A DNA stretch of 64,000 bases from Ignavibacteriota bacterium (lineage in GTDB: Bacteria; Bacteroidota; Ignavibacteria; UBA10030): NCBI GenBank assembly GCA_963769605.1, contig CAVYML010000009.1, positions 12,579 to 76,578 on the forward strand, read 5' to 3'. The translations under genes and the position numbers were made by a program. The notes below the pieces were generated by a model that saw nothing but the letters and a program-made list of their open reading frames with translations, made no database searches and had not been told where the DNA came from. Below, one piece after another: positions 20,980 to 31,094 of the stretch (position 1 is its first letter; every line of letters starts with the position of its first letter).

Positions 20980-23403
20980 TTAAATATGAACGGCAACTTT
21001 AAAAACAACGTTCCGTGGTTCTTCAAAACTTGCTGCGCTGAAATACGCACCTTTAATCAAATGTTCATGATCAAGCAAGTTGGTGACATAGATTGAAGGC
21101 TCAAGTGTAGCGCCTCCCGTCAAATGGAATGTATATCCTCCACCGATATTGAAAATCCATGATGGAGTTGTATGCGCAGCCTGATTAAAATCGAATAATC
21201 CAGTTCCAAACGAGATAGCGTTTCCATTTGTGAGCCCTGATCCGTAAATCGCAACAAGATTGGCAAACCAATCTTGGGGTTGATAATTGAGACCCGTAAC
21301 AATGGAAAGCCGTTGATCGTGATCGAGATCCGTTGCCGGCCCGTCGCTATCAAGCGGTAAGAATCCGCCGCTAATGAGACCGGTTCCGTAGGCGTGAATA
21401 ATCGATGTGTTCATATAACCGGAAAAAGGAATAACAGGATCGCTGTACGAAAGTCCAAGTTCAATACCCGTTGTACGCACTTGTGCAATGTTCACGGGGG
21501 TTTTGATTGCCGACGATCCGATGGTTTGATCATCAACTCCCGGTGTGGCATATTTGTAGAACACGTCGGCCTTACTGCGTAAACCGAATACGAATAGATG
21601 CGTGTATACCGCTTCATAAAAATCATCCCTCTCCGCCAGCGTCGGCACGAGTGCAACGTTTGAGCCGTTGAAATTAACCGCGATAGATTTCAGACCCTCG
21701 ATATTGGTCGGCATGAACATGCGTCCATAATACAAATAGGCCGTATTGTCCTCATCCATTAAAAAATTCCATCGAATGCGCGGACTAATTTGGCTTTGGA
21801 GAGGCATATCCGGAGCAATATGTTGGTCATATCGGGTGCCTAATTCGAACGATGTCCATTCCATGGGATGCCATTCAGCTTGCAGGAACAAGCCGAAATC
21901 CGATCCGCTAAAATCAGTTACCAAAGAAGGGCCAGTGTTGCCGGCAGAATCATGTGAAGTAAAATTTTCCACTCCGGTCGTTGCGCTGAAATTAAAGCCC
22001 GCTTTATACATAAACTCGTGAGAAATCCTCTTGTCAAACGTAGACCGTATACCCAGCGTTGTGAAACTCCGATTCTCTCCAATCAGATATCTGTTCGTGT
22101 CTCCGACAAATTGAGAGAGCGCAGGATCGTTGCTGCCCGGAGAGTAGATCAATCCGCCTTCGCGTGCATAAACACCAGCAAAAAAGTTTGATTCTCGGTC
22201 TGCATCCGCATTGAGGGTGCGGTAATACGAAAGAGTTTGAAACGAGTTTGTTGTGGTCTGCATATCATTGGCAATTTGCTCCACGGAATCAAACGGGATT
22301 TGCGTGTTCGTTCTGCCGAAATTCAAATTTGTCGTTATATAGTCAACGTCACTCAATATATAATCAGCTTTGCCGTACAAAAAATAATCCTGCCCGTGGT
22401 CATGAAATAGTTGTTCGACGGGCTGATCGATGCGGCGATCGGTTTCCTGGCGCGAGCCTGAAATAAAGAAGCCGAGATTACCAACGTGATCGCTCATCGA
22501 TAAAGCCTGGCCGTCGGAATTCAAAGCACGAAACGGCCCAACTCGTTCTGATTCTTCGGATGGATCAGACACTAAGTAGCTTCCTACATATGTCGAAGCA
22601 TCCAGATGAAATGCTCCGGTTGGCACTCGATTTTGCAGATCAATAATTGCGGCATTTTGTCCGCCGTATTCCGCTGAAAATCCTCCCGTGATAAATGTAG
22701 CACGATCTATAACTTTTTGATCGACGACATCATTGAGTCCGCCGAACACGCCAAGCGGGACAGGAAGCCCGTCAACGTAGTAGGTGAATTCTCCATGTTG
22801 CCCCCTAATGTGTACCTCGCCCGTCGGGGCGCGTGCTGCTCCTAAAATGTTTTCCTGTACCAGGTTCGTCATCTGAGCGGTCGGCGTAGGGTGAAATGTT
22901 TCAGATTCGAACACTTGGTTGCCGGTATTGAGATTAATGCTTGAAACGGCAAGTTCCCGCATCCCGACAACTTCCACGTCTTTTTCGGAGTTTCCTTGTG
23001 AGCGAAGAAATATCTGATATGTGGAATGATCGTTATCGATAACGATCGTGTCTGTAAAGGTCTTATAACCGACAAACCATGCTTGAACGGCATAACTGCC
23101 AGGTGCAATATCGCGAAATCGCGCCTGTCCGGCAGGGGATGTAACCTCTTCCGAAATAAACTTTCCATTTCGTTTTAATACGACACGTGCGAGTTCAATA
23201 GGTGTATTCCCGCTGGAATCGCTGACGGCCACTTTCCATTGAATGCCGCGTTCATTTCCGCTTGAGTTTATATCCGATTTATCCGGCGCTTCGGACGATG
23301 GTTTCAATATATAATTATAATGTGCTATTGGGTTCGATAAATTTTGTGCAAAAGAAAAATTAAAGAACACAAGCAAGGTTGTAAGAATAATAATTAAACG
23401 CAT
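20980..23403 (-). CDS. TonB-dependent receptor with N-terminal carboxypeptidase-regulatory-like domain
   Basis: 807 aa with signal peptide, CarbopepD_reg-like segment, plug and beta-barrel ending in an aromatic residue. Confidence 0.85.
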   Translation of the reverse strand: MRLIIILTTLLVFFNFSFAQNLSNPIAHYNYILKPSSEAPDKSDINSSGNERGIQWKVAVSDSSGNTPIELARVVLKRNGKFISEEVTSPAGQARFRDIAPGSYAVQAWFVGYKTFTDTIVIDNDHSTYQIFLRSQGNSEKDVEVVGMRELAVSSINLNTGNQVFESETFHPTPTAQMTNLVQENILGAARAPTGEVHIRGQHGEFTYYVDGLPVPLGVFGGLNDVVDQKVIDRATFITGGFSAEYGGQNAAIIDLQNRVPTGAFHLDASTYVGSYLVSDPSEESERVGPFRALNSDGQALSMSDHVGNLGFFISGSRQETDRRIDQPVEQLFHDHGQDYFLYGKADYILSDVDYITTNLNFGRTNTQIPFDSVEQIANDMQTTTNSFQTLSYYRTLNADADRESNFFAGVYAREGGLIYSPGSNDPALSQFVGDTNRYLIGENRSFTTLGIRSTFDKRISHEFMYKAGFNFSATTGVENFTSHDSAGNTGPSLVTDFSGSDFGLFLQAEWHPMEWTSFELGTRYDQHIAPDMPLQSQISPRIRWNFLMDEDNTAYLYYGRMFMPTNIEGLKSIAVNFNGSNVALVPTLAERDDFYEAVYTHLFVFGLRSKADVFYKYATPGVDDQTIGSSAIKTPVNIAQVRTTGIELGLSYSDPVIPFSGYMNTSIIHAYGTGLISGGFLPLDSDGPATDLDHDQRLSIVTGLNYQPQDWFANLVAIYGSGLTNGNAISFGTGLFDFNQAAHTTPSWIFNIGGGYTFHLTGGATLEPSIYVTNLLDHEHLIKGAYFSAASFEEPRNVVFKVAVHI

Positions 23404-23488
23404 ATTTCCTTCTCCTCGATATAGGAATGAATGAGAACTCCGAAAGAAAATTTTTCAGTGTTCCGTTTTTAAATTGTAAAAAGAGAGA

Positions 23489-23848
23489 TTAACCGAGAAG
23501 AGAAGGCGGACCGCGACGGGAGAAAGAACGAAAGAGATGGTCTTGAATAAGATGCGGAGATGTAATGGTCGGAGCAGTACCAACCACTTGGACCTCGCCA
23601 AAATCCAGCGAGATTTGATCGGGGGCGATTCTGCTGTGTGCTGAGAGACAGATACTGCATTCGGAATGTTCCGACAACGGAATCTGTTTGCAGTGATCGG
23701 CATCTTCATGCGGAAAAAACCGGGCTTCGAATGATCCGCTGGGGACAATGGGATGGTCATGGATGAAATCATGCAGTCCGAAACCGACAAGATGACTCGC
23801 AAGAATAAGGAGAACAAGTATTTTATTTTTTTTCTTCACGGCCATCAT
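23489..23848 (-). CDS. Small secreted His/Cys-rich protein (DUF2946-like; HDFIHDH...HEDADHC...CSIC)
   Basis: 119 aa with signal peptide; immediately upstream of the TonB-dependent receptor; paralogous architecture to 16015..16320. Confidence 0.5.
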   Translation of the reverse strand: MMAVKKKNKILVLLILASHLVGFGLHDFIHDHPIVPSGSFEARFFPHEDADHCKQIPLSEHSECSICLSAHSRIAPDQISLDFGEVQVVGTAPTITSPHLIQDHLFRSFSRRGPPSLLG

Positions 23849-23920
23849 TCTAAGGTGGTTCTTATTATAACGAAGATTTTAACGAGAAGTTCCAAAATAA
23901 TCAAGGTTATGTGCATCATT

Positions 23921-24032
23921 AATTTGCGCAATCAACTATCTTTGTACAATCCGTGAAATCTGCGTAATCAATCTGTACAATCTAATATCTGCGTACAATC
24001 CGTGAAATCTGCGCAATCAATCTGCGTAATCA
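23921..24032. repeat. Decamer tandem-repeat array, locus 3; includes a ~90-bp block repeated at 25003..25092
   Basis: aatttgcgcaatcaactatctttgtacaatccgtgaaatctgcgtaatcaatctgtacaatctaatatctgcgtacaatccgtgaaatctgcgcaatcaatctgcgtaatca; overlaps the pirin stop codon. Confidence 0.75.
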
Positions 24033-24926
24033 TTTTATAAACGTGTCATTCCGCAGATCGTTCATCGCCTGTTTAATTTCTTCCTGAGTATTCATAACAA
24101 TGGGACCGTACCATGCAATAGGTTCTTTAATCGGTTTTCCGGAGACGAGCAGAAAGCGCATCCCCTTCTCTCCCGCCTGCACGGATACCTCATCGCCTTT
24201 ATCGAATAAAATCATAGAACGGTTGCCGAGTTCTGCCTGCTTCGAATTTACGGACCCGACAAGTTCCGTCTGTACTCCTTGAGGCGCCGAAGTTCCGCGA
24301 AAATTTCCGCTTCCATCAAAAATATATGCAAACGTATGCCGGAATGTTTCCACCGGCAAAATTTTCCGTTTTCCCGGCGGCACCCAAACATCCAGATATT
24401 GAGGATCCGCTGCAATGCCTTCTACGGGTCCGATCTTTCCCCGGAAGTTTCCGCAAACGACACGGATGCGAGTACCGTCGTCGTCCATAAGTTCCGGAAT
24501 TTCCTTTGCCCCGATATCCTGATAACGCGGTTTAGTCATTTTTTGTGAAGAAGGAAGATTTGCCCAGAGCTGAAAACCATGCATTCGCCCGTTCGGATCC
24601 CCTTTCGGCATCTCCTGATGAAGTATCCCGCTCCCGGCGGTCATCCATTGAACATCGCCGGCTGCAAGCGTGCCGCTGTTGCCAAGGCTGTCGCCGTGAT
24701 TGACCGATCCGGCAAGCACATACGTAATGGTTTCTATTCCCCGGTGCGGATGCCATGGAAATCCTGCAAGATAATCTTCAGGACGCTCGTTGCGAAAATC
24801 ATCGAAAAGGAGAAACGGGTCGAACTCGGCGGTATCTCCGAAACCGAACGCGCGCTGCAGCTTTACTCCCGCTCCTTCAAGAGTCGGTTTAGTCCGAATG
24901 ATTTGTTTGATAGGCCGTAGAGACAT
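24030..24926 (-). CDS. Pirin family protein (bicupin, quercetin 2,3-dioxygenase-like)
   Basis: Start MSLRPIKQIIRT...; HPHRGIETITYVL motif and two cupin halves. The listed ORF extends to 24992 but the conserved start is at 24926. Confidence 0.85.
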   Translation of the reverse strand: MSLRPIKQIIRTKPTLEGAGVKLQRAFGFGDTAEFDPFLLFDDFRNERPEDYLAGFPWHPHRGIETITYVLAGSVNHGDSLGNSGTLAAGDVQWMTAGSGILHQEMPKGDPNGRMHGFQLWANLPSSQKMTKPRYQDIGAKEIPELMDDDGTRIRVVCGNFRGKIGPVEGIAADPQYLDVWVPPGKRKILPVETFRHTFAYIFDGSGNFRGTSAPQGVQTELVGSVNSKQAELGNRSMILFDKGDEVSVQAGEKGMRFLLVSGKPIKEPIAWYGPIVMNTQEEIKQAMNDLRNDTFIK

Positions 24927-24997
24927 AGATTTGTTCCTTTTAAATCTAAAACAACGAACGCCGCCCGCTTGTTCCTCAATTTGACCGGCCATCTAAG

Positions 24998-25094
24998 ATC
25001 TGTGTACAATCCGTGAAATCTGCGTAATCAATCTGCGCAATCTAATATCTGCGTACAATCCGTGAAATCTGCGTAATCAATCTGCGTAATCAAT
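24998..25094. repeat. Decamer tandem-repeat array, locus 4 (upstream of pirin); ~96% identical over ~90 bp to locus 3
   Basis: atctgtgtacaatccgtgaaatctgcgtaatcaatctgcgcaatctaatatctgcgtacaatccgtgaaatctgcgtaatcaatctgcgtaatcaatac. Confidence 0.75.
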
Positions 25095-25361
25095 ACTCGA
25101 TCCCTACCCGTGTGGCGGTTTTGCACATCCCTGAATGAAGAAACCTTTGGCAGGTATCATTCGTTTTAAGTGTACATGGATTTAAGGGTTTCGCGTCAAA
25201 TTACATTTGCGATAAAAGCAAGGTTTGATTACATTAAAGAGTTACAAAATCAACAACGAAATCCTCTCATAACGTTCTGAAAATAATTTTCTCAAGAATC
25301 GTTATACCATTATTTACTCGTCCGGCATGAGATATATAGGAAAATCTCACCGCATCTGGAA

Positions 25362-25616
25362 TTGTCAGGATTTAATATGAATAAAAGAAAGAAACAAATG
25401 GAAACAGAACAAAAAAATAATACGCTGCATGGCAAGACGCTGGAGGCAATCCTTCAGCACCTTGTAGAGTATTACGGCTGGCAGGAACTTGGACTTCGGA
25501 TCAGAATCAGATGTTTTACGGATAATCCGAGTATGCAGTCCAGTTTAAAGTTTCTGCGCAAAACTCCGTGGGCGCGGGAAAAAGTGGAGACCCTATACCT
25601 CGAGTGCGCCGACTAA
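25362..25616 (+). CDS. VF530/DUF2132 family small protein
   Basis: [53 protein letters not shown] matches the conserved core of this family. Confidence 0.65.
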   Translation: MSGFNMNKRKKQMETEQKNNTLHGKTLEAILQHLVEYYGWQELGLRIRIRCFTDNPSMQSSLKFLRKTPWAREKVETLYLECAD

Positions 25617-25772
25617 GATCGGACAATAATGCACCGCTTTTCCCAGAACACCCGCAATTTGTTAAAACCGAAGCCAGCTTCACGGACAAATAATTAGGCT
25701 GAAAATTAATTCGTCACCCGCTCAACTCGTCTTATTTTCAAGCCTCCGGCGTTGTGCTGCCGGAACAAGACC

Positions 25773-25865
25773 ATGGATACAACCTTCATTCGAGAAATGA
25801 CCGCTGACGATTACGATCAGACATTTGAACAGACATCGGCTGTTTCAGGAAAAGAAGAGTTTTAA
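25773..25865 (+). pseudogene. Possible N-terminal remnant of a GNAT acetyltransferase (30 codons)
   Basis: MDTTFIREMTADDYDQTFEQ resembles GNAT N-termini but stops after 30 aa. Confidence 0.25.
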
Positions 25866-26012
25866 AACCGCCGCTTTTCGGCAAATACCATGCCACCTGA
25901 AACTATTCCTATCTTGAAACGGTTGTACGGTTAGTGACAAATTCTTGCAGCCGTTGAGACAATGTATAATATCAATATTCCGGAATTTCTACATTTTAAC
26001 AATGGAGGAAAT

Positions 26013-26556
26013 ATGAAAAAATCCTTTTTTACATTGGCCCTTGCTTGCATTATCATGAGCATGCAAATAATTGCTCAAGATAACCATACGATGCAGCAGG
26101 TTCCCGTCGTTAAGCGGGCAATTGCAGTGATTACACCGACAAAAGGGAATACCGTGCACGGAACCGTGACATTCGAACAGGTCGATGGCGGTGTCCGGGT
26201 TGTGGCCAGCCTGACCGGATTAAAACCGGGGAAACATGGATTTCATATTCACGAATTCGGCGATATAAGTTCCGAGGACGGGAAGTTCTGCAGGCGGGCA
26301 TTTTAACCCGATGGGAATGCCGCACAGCATGCCGACGAGCCAAAAACGCCACGCGGGTGATATGGGAAATATCGAAGCTGATGAAAACGGAAACGCACAT
26401 CTCGACTATATCGATCCGGTTATGAAACTCGACGGGGATCATCCCATCATCGGTCATGCCGTCATTATTCACGAAAAAGAAGACGATTTTAAAACGCAGC
26501 CGACAGGAAATGCGGGGCCAAGAATCGGATACGGGGTCATCGGAATCGCAAAATAA
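26013..26556 (+). pseudogene. sodC: Cu/Zn superoxide dismutase (SodC) with frameshift at about 26286..26290
   Basis: Frame 1 gives the signal peptide and ...GFHIHEFGDISSEDGK; frame 2 continues SAGGHFNPMGMP...HAGDMGNIEAD...NAGPRIGYGVIGIAK. Deleting one T from AAGTTCTGC joins them into a complete SodC. Confidence 0.8.
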
Positions 26557-26633
26557 ATCAGACCGATCCTAAAATTTTAAAAATGCTCTGTTCAGGATAA
26601 TTATAATCGGATGTTTGATCAGCTTTATCACTT

Positions 26634-26687
26634 TGTAGCCGCGACGGGCTTGCCCGACCTGCATTATCCTTTGGCGGGTCGTCGCGG
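26634..26687. repeat. REP-like palindrome, family 2 copy with expanded loop (GTAGCCGCGACGGG...GGGTCGTCGCGG)
   Basis: Same arms as the 4086 and 4953 copies, with a 27-nt insertion; between convergent sodC and the PAP2 gene. Confidence 0.55.
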
Positions 26688-26749
26688 TTTTATCAGGATG
26701 AGGCAGCTGACCGCGGAAAATGGAAAAACATTTTTGGGTTATCAACTCA

Positions 26750-27571
26750 TCAAAATTCCATTGCAAACCCAAAGCCGTTTGGAGTCAAGAAGATCCTGGT
26801 CGAACAATGACTTGACGATTTTTCGTCATCGTCATGCGCAACAGCCGTTCCGACACTCGTACCGATAAAAGCGCCGAGGAAAACGTCGGAAAGCCAATGC
26901 TGGTCATGATAGATCCGGGCTGCACCTGTCAAACCGGCAAGCGTATACAAGCCTATCGACGCTGCGGTATTGTTTATCCGCTCCGAAAGAACTGAAGAAA
27001 GTGTAAAAGCAACTGCGACGTGTCCGGAAGGAAACGATAAATAATTGTCGCTGAACTGTACTCCATGGAATCGCACGTTTCCTTCATTCATATACGGACG
27101 GGCTCGGCCGAATGTATATTTAATCACGCTCGTTACAACGCCTGTCCAGAAAAGCGATTCCAGAAGCATTGTTCCTGTTTTACGAATTTCCGGCGTGCCG
27201 AATAACAGCCCTGCACTGTAAATTGAACCGGAAATGATTATCGCATCTGCCGTTGCACCGTATTGCTCGGTTATATTCAAAACGTCGTCGTTAAATGTTG
27301 AACGGCTGCGCCCTGCAAACGACCGGACGGACTGGTCGGCAAAAAAGAGCGCTGCCGTGGTTCCCGCAACAACCCCAGCTGTTATAAGCGATGACCCGTC
27401 CGGATGCGTCACTTCATGAAAGCGAAGAGCGATACAATCGATAAAATCCCTGCTGTCGGAACAAAATATTCCGGAAAGTTTTGTCGAAGCAGTGTCCCGG
27501 TCCGCGTTCTGACACTGCACAGTGTCGGACAACGCCGCAAAAATAGATATGTAAAGAATGATACGGTTCAT
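26750..27571 (-). CDS. PAP2 superfamily phosphatase
   Basis: KYTFGRARP, PSGH and ARIYHDQHWLSD are the three PAP2 signature motifs; signal peptide. Confidence 0.85.
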   Translation of the reverse strand: MNRIILYISIFAALSDTVQCQNADRDTASTKLSGIFCSDSRDFIDCIALRFHEVTHPDGSSLITAGVVAGTTAALFFADQSVRSFAGRSRSTFNDDVLNITEQYGATADAIIISGSIYSAGLLFGTPEIRKTGTMLLESLFWTGVVTSVIKYTFGRARPYMNEGNVRFHGVQFSDNYLSFPSGHVAVAFTLSSVLSERINNTAASIGLYTLAGLTGAARIYHDQHWLSDVFLGAFIGTSVGTAVAHDDDEKSSSHCSTRIFLTPNGFGFAMEF

Positions 27572-27590
27572 GATTAATCCGGAAAATTCT

Positions 27591-28394
27591 CTATCGAATA
27601 ATGATGAGTTTCGATCTTACCGCATAAGCGCTGAAATATCCCAGAGCTCCGCCGTTGAAGTTCGATGGTGGATTTGCGGGAGATGTAGCTAACGAACTAT
27701 TGTTCAGGACCTGTACCAGCGTTCTGAAATAGTTATAAACATTTTCATCGATGCATTGAAGCTGGACCGAAACAGAATCCCCGGTCCGCAGCGTATCCGT
27801 ATTTGCAAATAATGTACTTGTGATTTCATAGCCGTCCTGCAGCCGGTCGCTGACAAGGAAAATGAATTTTTGCGGAACGCCGTTTTTGATTTCCACAAAT
27901 CGATAATAATTCTGAATTCCGGTCGGGTCGCGGAAGTGGACCTCGATATCCTTTGTATTGTTCGGCCCGAACGATAAATTACCTTCAGTGAGAGAATCGA
28001 TTGTCACAGGAGGCGGCATAGTTGATGCAGCAGTATAAGTGGTTCCGTTCGACAGCACGGCAAGCGTATAGGTTCTTCCCGGGACACCCTGCATGTGGGA
28101 AGAGGTGTAAGTTCCCGAAGAAGTTTCCGTGAGAAGTTCGGAATTTCCAAGATTATCGCTCAATGTCACGGCTGCACCGCTCACTGGCGGAAATACGTTC
28201 GGTTGATCGTACTCCACTGTTTGCGATAATGTCACACGGTATGGACCCGGCTGATCGGTTATTATTCCCTCTATGACGATAACCGGAGCAGAAGAATTAA
28301 GATCCACCTGAATGACCTTCTGGCATGAAAAAAATACTGCACTGCATGCCGCAAACAGAAGAATCGAAAATATATTTTTGGGCAACGACTTCAT
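27591..28394 (-). CDS. DUF4249-like lipoprotein (partner of the TonB-dependent receptor)
   Basis: Lipoprotein signal ...LLFAACSAVFFSCQK at start 28394; sits 4 bp downstream of the TBDR stop, the classic TBDR+DUF4249 pair. Confidence 0.65.
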   Translation of the reverse strand: MKSLPKNIFSILLFAACSAVFFSCQKVIQVDLNSSAPVIVIEGIITDQPGPYRVTLSQTVEYDQPNVFPPVSGAAVTLSDNLGNSELLTETSSGTYTSSHMQGVPGRTYTLAVLSNGTTYTAASTMPPPVTIDSLTEGNLSFGPNNTKDIEVHFRDPTGIQNYYRFVEIKNGVPQKFIFLVSDRLQDGYEITSTLFANTDTLRTGDSVSVQLQCIDENVYNYFRTLVQVLNNSSLATSPANPPSNFNGGALGYFSAYAVRSKLIIIR

Positions 28395-28398
28395 TTGG

Positions 28399-30756
28399 TC
28401 AGAACCTGAAATTATATGTAATGGATGGAACAAATCTGAACAGCGATGTCTCAACCGCCTGCGTCCTTGTGGGATCATTCGGATCTACCTGGAACTGAAT
28501 CGAAAATGCATTTTCGCGGCCATAGGCATTGTACAATGAGAATGTCCAACTCGATCTTTCCCCCTGCCATGTAGCGCCGAGATCGAGCCGGTGATAGGCA
28601 GGCATGCGGTTAGCATTGCGCTGGGAGTAAGAAGGAACTGTAGTATCGAGAATCTTATATTTTCCGCTCGGGAATGTGACTGCATTTCCCGTATTATAGA
28701 CCCATGCTGCGGAAAATGTCCATTTGTCCGTTAGCTGGTACAGAGCGACAATGGAAATATCATGCGTCTCGTCCTGATGTGCAGGATAATAATTGCCGTT
28801 GTTGATTCCCGGAATTCTCAACTCCGTGCGCGAGAGCGTATATCCGATCCAGCCGTTCAGACGTCCGTATTTTTTTTTCAGGAAAAGTTCCAGACCGTAC
28901 GCCCTTCCCTGCCCGTAAAGCAAATCCGATTCCACATTTTCATTTAGAGTTATCTGAGCCCCGTCCTTGTAATCGATCTGGTTCTGGAGAAATTTAAAAT
29001 AAGTCTCCGCCGAAAATTCATACGTGTTGTCTTCGAAGTTTCGGAAATATCCAAGCGACACTTGATCCGCAATTTCCGGTTTAACATTATTGCTGCTGGG
29101 AATCCACCTGTCTGTCGGATTGCTGGCGGTAGAAGTGGAGAGAAGATGGAGGTTCTGCGTCGACCGCCCGTATGAAGCTTTCATCGAGCTTACATCGTCT
29201 AAGATGTAATTCACCGCAACCCGGGGCTCAAGATTGAAATAAGTTTGTATAAATTTTCCCGAACCGTAGGAAACGGAATCAACCGTTTGTCCGCCATCGC
29301 TGTATGTGTAGAAAACACCAGGTCCGAGTATGCTGAAAGATGAAAAGCGGGCTCCGTACTGAACATTCACGGCCGGAGACAGCTTGTAGTCATGACTGAT
29401 ATACAGAGAATTCTCCCATGAATATTTTTGTGTAAGCTGCAATGTGGTGGTTTGAACGCTGTTTGCGAGCGTGGCTGTTCCCGGAACGACGGAATGATAG
29501 ACCGAGTTCAAACCGAATATCAATCCGTTATCTGAATCGAAAAAATACTGGAAGTCCTGTTTGATCCCGAAATCCTTTATATCCGAGACGAGACTCATGT
29601 TGTTGCCTGCAAAATTCGCATTGACGGTGTAATCGTAGGTGCTGTAAATAAACGACGTGTTCGAGAACATTTTTTCATTGAACAGATGGTTCCAGCGCAG
29701 CGTTGCTGTGGAATTTCCCCAATCGATGCCGAATGTACTGCCGAAACCTAGCACGTCTTTTCCGAAATAGCCGGAGAGATAGATCCTGTCGTTTTCTCCG
29801 ACCTCGTAATTTGCTTTTGCATTCAGGTCGTAGAAATAGAGCTGCGTCTGATTGATCAAACTGTCTCTCGAAAGCTTAAGGAACAAATCTAAGTATGTCC
29901 GTCTTCCGGAGATAGAAAACAACCCTTTGTCCTCGACGATCGGACCTTCAACGGTCAGCCTTGACGCTATCAAGCCTATACCACCGCTCACGTCGTAGTC
30001 CTTTGTATTGCCCTCTTTCATTTTTATATCGAGCACAGAAGAAAGACGTCCGCCGTATTCTGCCGGCATTTCTCCCTTGTACATAGTAACGTCTTTGATG
30101 GCATCCGAATTGAAAACGGAAAAGAAACCGAGAAGATGCGAAGCGCTGTAGACGGTGGCTTCATCGAGAAGAATGAGATTCTGATCGGCTGCCCCGCCGC
30201 GGACGTAAAATCCTGTATTGCCGTCTCCTCCCGATTTTATGCCGGGCAGAAGCTGAACGGTTTTAATCACATCCTTTTCGCCCAGCAGAACGGGAATGTC
30301 CTGTATAGACTTTACATCCAATTTTTCCATTCCCATTTGCACGGTCTTAACATTGTCGTCCTTTTTTTCACCCGTAACCACAACTGCCTTCTGCTCCACT
30401 CCTTTTTCCACAAGGCCGACATGAAGTTTTATGTTCCGGTTCACGACGACTTGCTGCAAAAAGGGCGTATATCCCATAAAACGCACGGTGACTGTATATA
30501 TTCCTTCCGGAATGGTCAGCGAATAAAATCCGTACACATTGGAGACCGTTCCCGTTTGCGGCAGTTCACTCAGCATAATAGTTGCTCCGATTAAAGCTTC
30601 GCCGGTCTTGGAATCTTTAACATAACCGCTGATCGTATGCTTTTTACGGACCTGTTCCGTTTGTGCTGTTAAGGTCGATGCAAATATTATCACCAATAGC
30701 ATGCCGATAGCTGTTTTTACCATTATATCCTTAAGAAAGTACCGGCATGTGATCAT
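28399..30756 (-). CDS. TonB-dependent receptor with N-terminal carboxypeptidase-regulatory-like domain
   Basis: 785 aa with CarbopepD_reg-like segment (ISGYVKDSKTGEALIGATI), plug and barrel; likely true start MVKTAIG... at 30723. Confidence 0.85.
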   Translation of the reverse strand: MITCRYFLKDIMVKTAIGMLLVIIFASTLTAQTEQVRKKHTISGYVKDSKTGEALIGATIMLSELPQTGTVSNVYGFYSLTIPEGIYTVTVRFMGYTPFLQQVVVNRNIKLHVGLVEKGVEQKAVVVTGEKKDDNVKTVQMGMEKLDVKSIQDIPVLLGEKDVIKTVQLLPGIKSGGDGNTGFYVRGGAADQNLILLDEATVYSASHLLGFFSVFNSDAIKDVTMYKGEMPAEYGGRLSSVLDIKMKEGNTKDYDVSGGIGLIASRLTVEGPIVEDKGLFSISGRRTYLDLFLKLSRDSLINQTQLYFYDLNAKANYEVGENDRIYLSGYFGKDVLGFGSTFGIDWGNSTATLRWNHLFNEKMFSNTSFIYSTYDYTVNANFAGNNMSLVSDIKDFGIKQDFQYFFDSDNGLIFGLNSVYHSVVPGTATLANSVQTTTLQLTQKYSWENSLYISHDYKLSPAVNVQYGARFSSFSILGPGVFYTYSDGGQTVDSVSYGSGKFIQTYFNLEPRVAVNYILDDVSSMKASYGRSTQNLHLLSTSTASNPTDRWIPSSNNVKPEIADQVSLGYFRNFEDNTYEFSAETYFKFLQNQIDYKDGAQITLNENVESDLLYGQGRAYGLELFLKKKYGRLNGWIGYTLSRTELRIPGINNGNYYPAHQDETHDISIVALYQLTDKWTFSAAWVYNTGNAVTFPSGKYKILDTTVPSYSQRNANRMPAYHRLDLGATWQGERSSWTFSLYNAYGRENAFSIQFQVDPNDPTRTQAVETSLFRFVPSITYNFRF

Positions 30757-31070
30757 TCCGCATCGTTTGAACTAAAATGCTGCCGACATCAATGAAAAAT
30801 TAAAGTTTAGTTCCGGATATTGACCGGTTTGTATAGAGAAAAAATCCCCTTGTCTTGTCCGCAAAAACGAACAGTACCAAATGTGTCCTGCCATTATAAA
30901 TGATACATTATTTTTATTAGTTTCGCTACTCTAAAGCTGTTCCTGTATATCTCTGAGGATACAATTCATTCAATCGATATCCAATGCATCTCGCTCCCGG
31001 CCGGCCGCACTAATTTTGATTTGTCCGGCTGTGAACCGAACTCTACGGAGCCGGACCATTGGAATTTTTA

Positions 31071-31094
31071 GGACACACTGGCATGTGTCCCTAC
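31071..31094. repeat. REP palindrome, family 1 (GGACACACTGGCATGTGTCC + CTAC)
   Basis: Overlaps the flotillin-like gene stop; the CTAC tail supplies the minus-strand TAG. Related to the copy at 33516..33539. Confidence 0.65.

Noticed and set aside
24927-24992. N-terminal 22 codons of the listed pirin ORF (MAGQIEEQAGGVRCFRFKRNKS)
   Set aside because: Pirin homologs begin at the MSLRPIK-type sequence; the extension runs into the repeat array and lacks an RBS.
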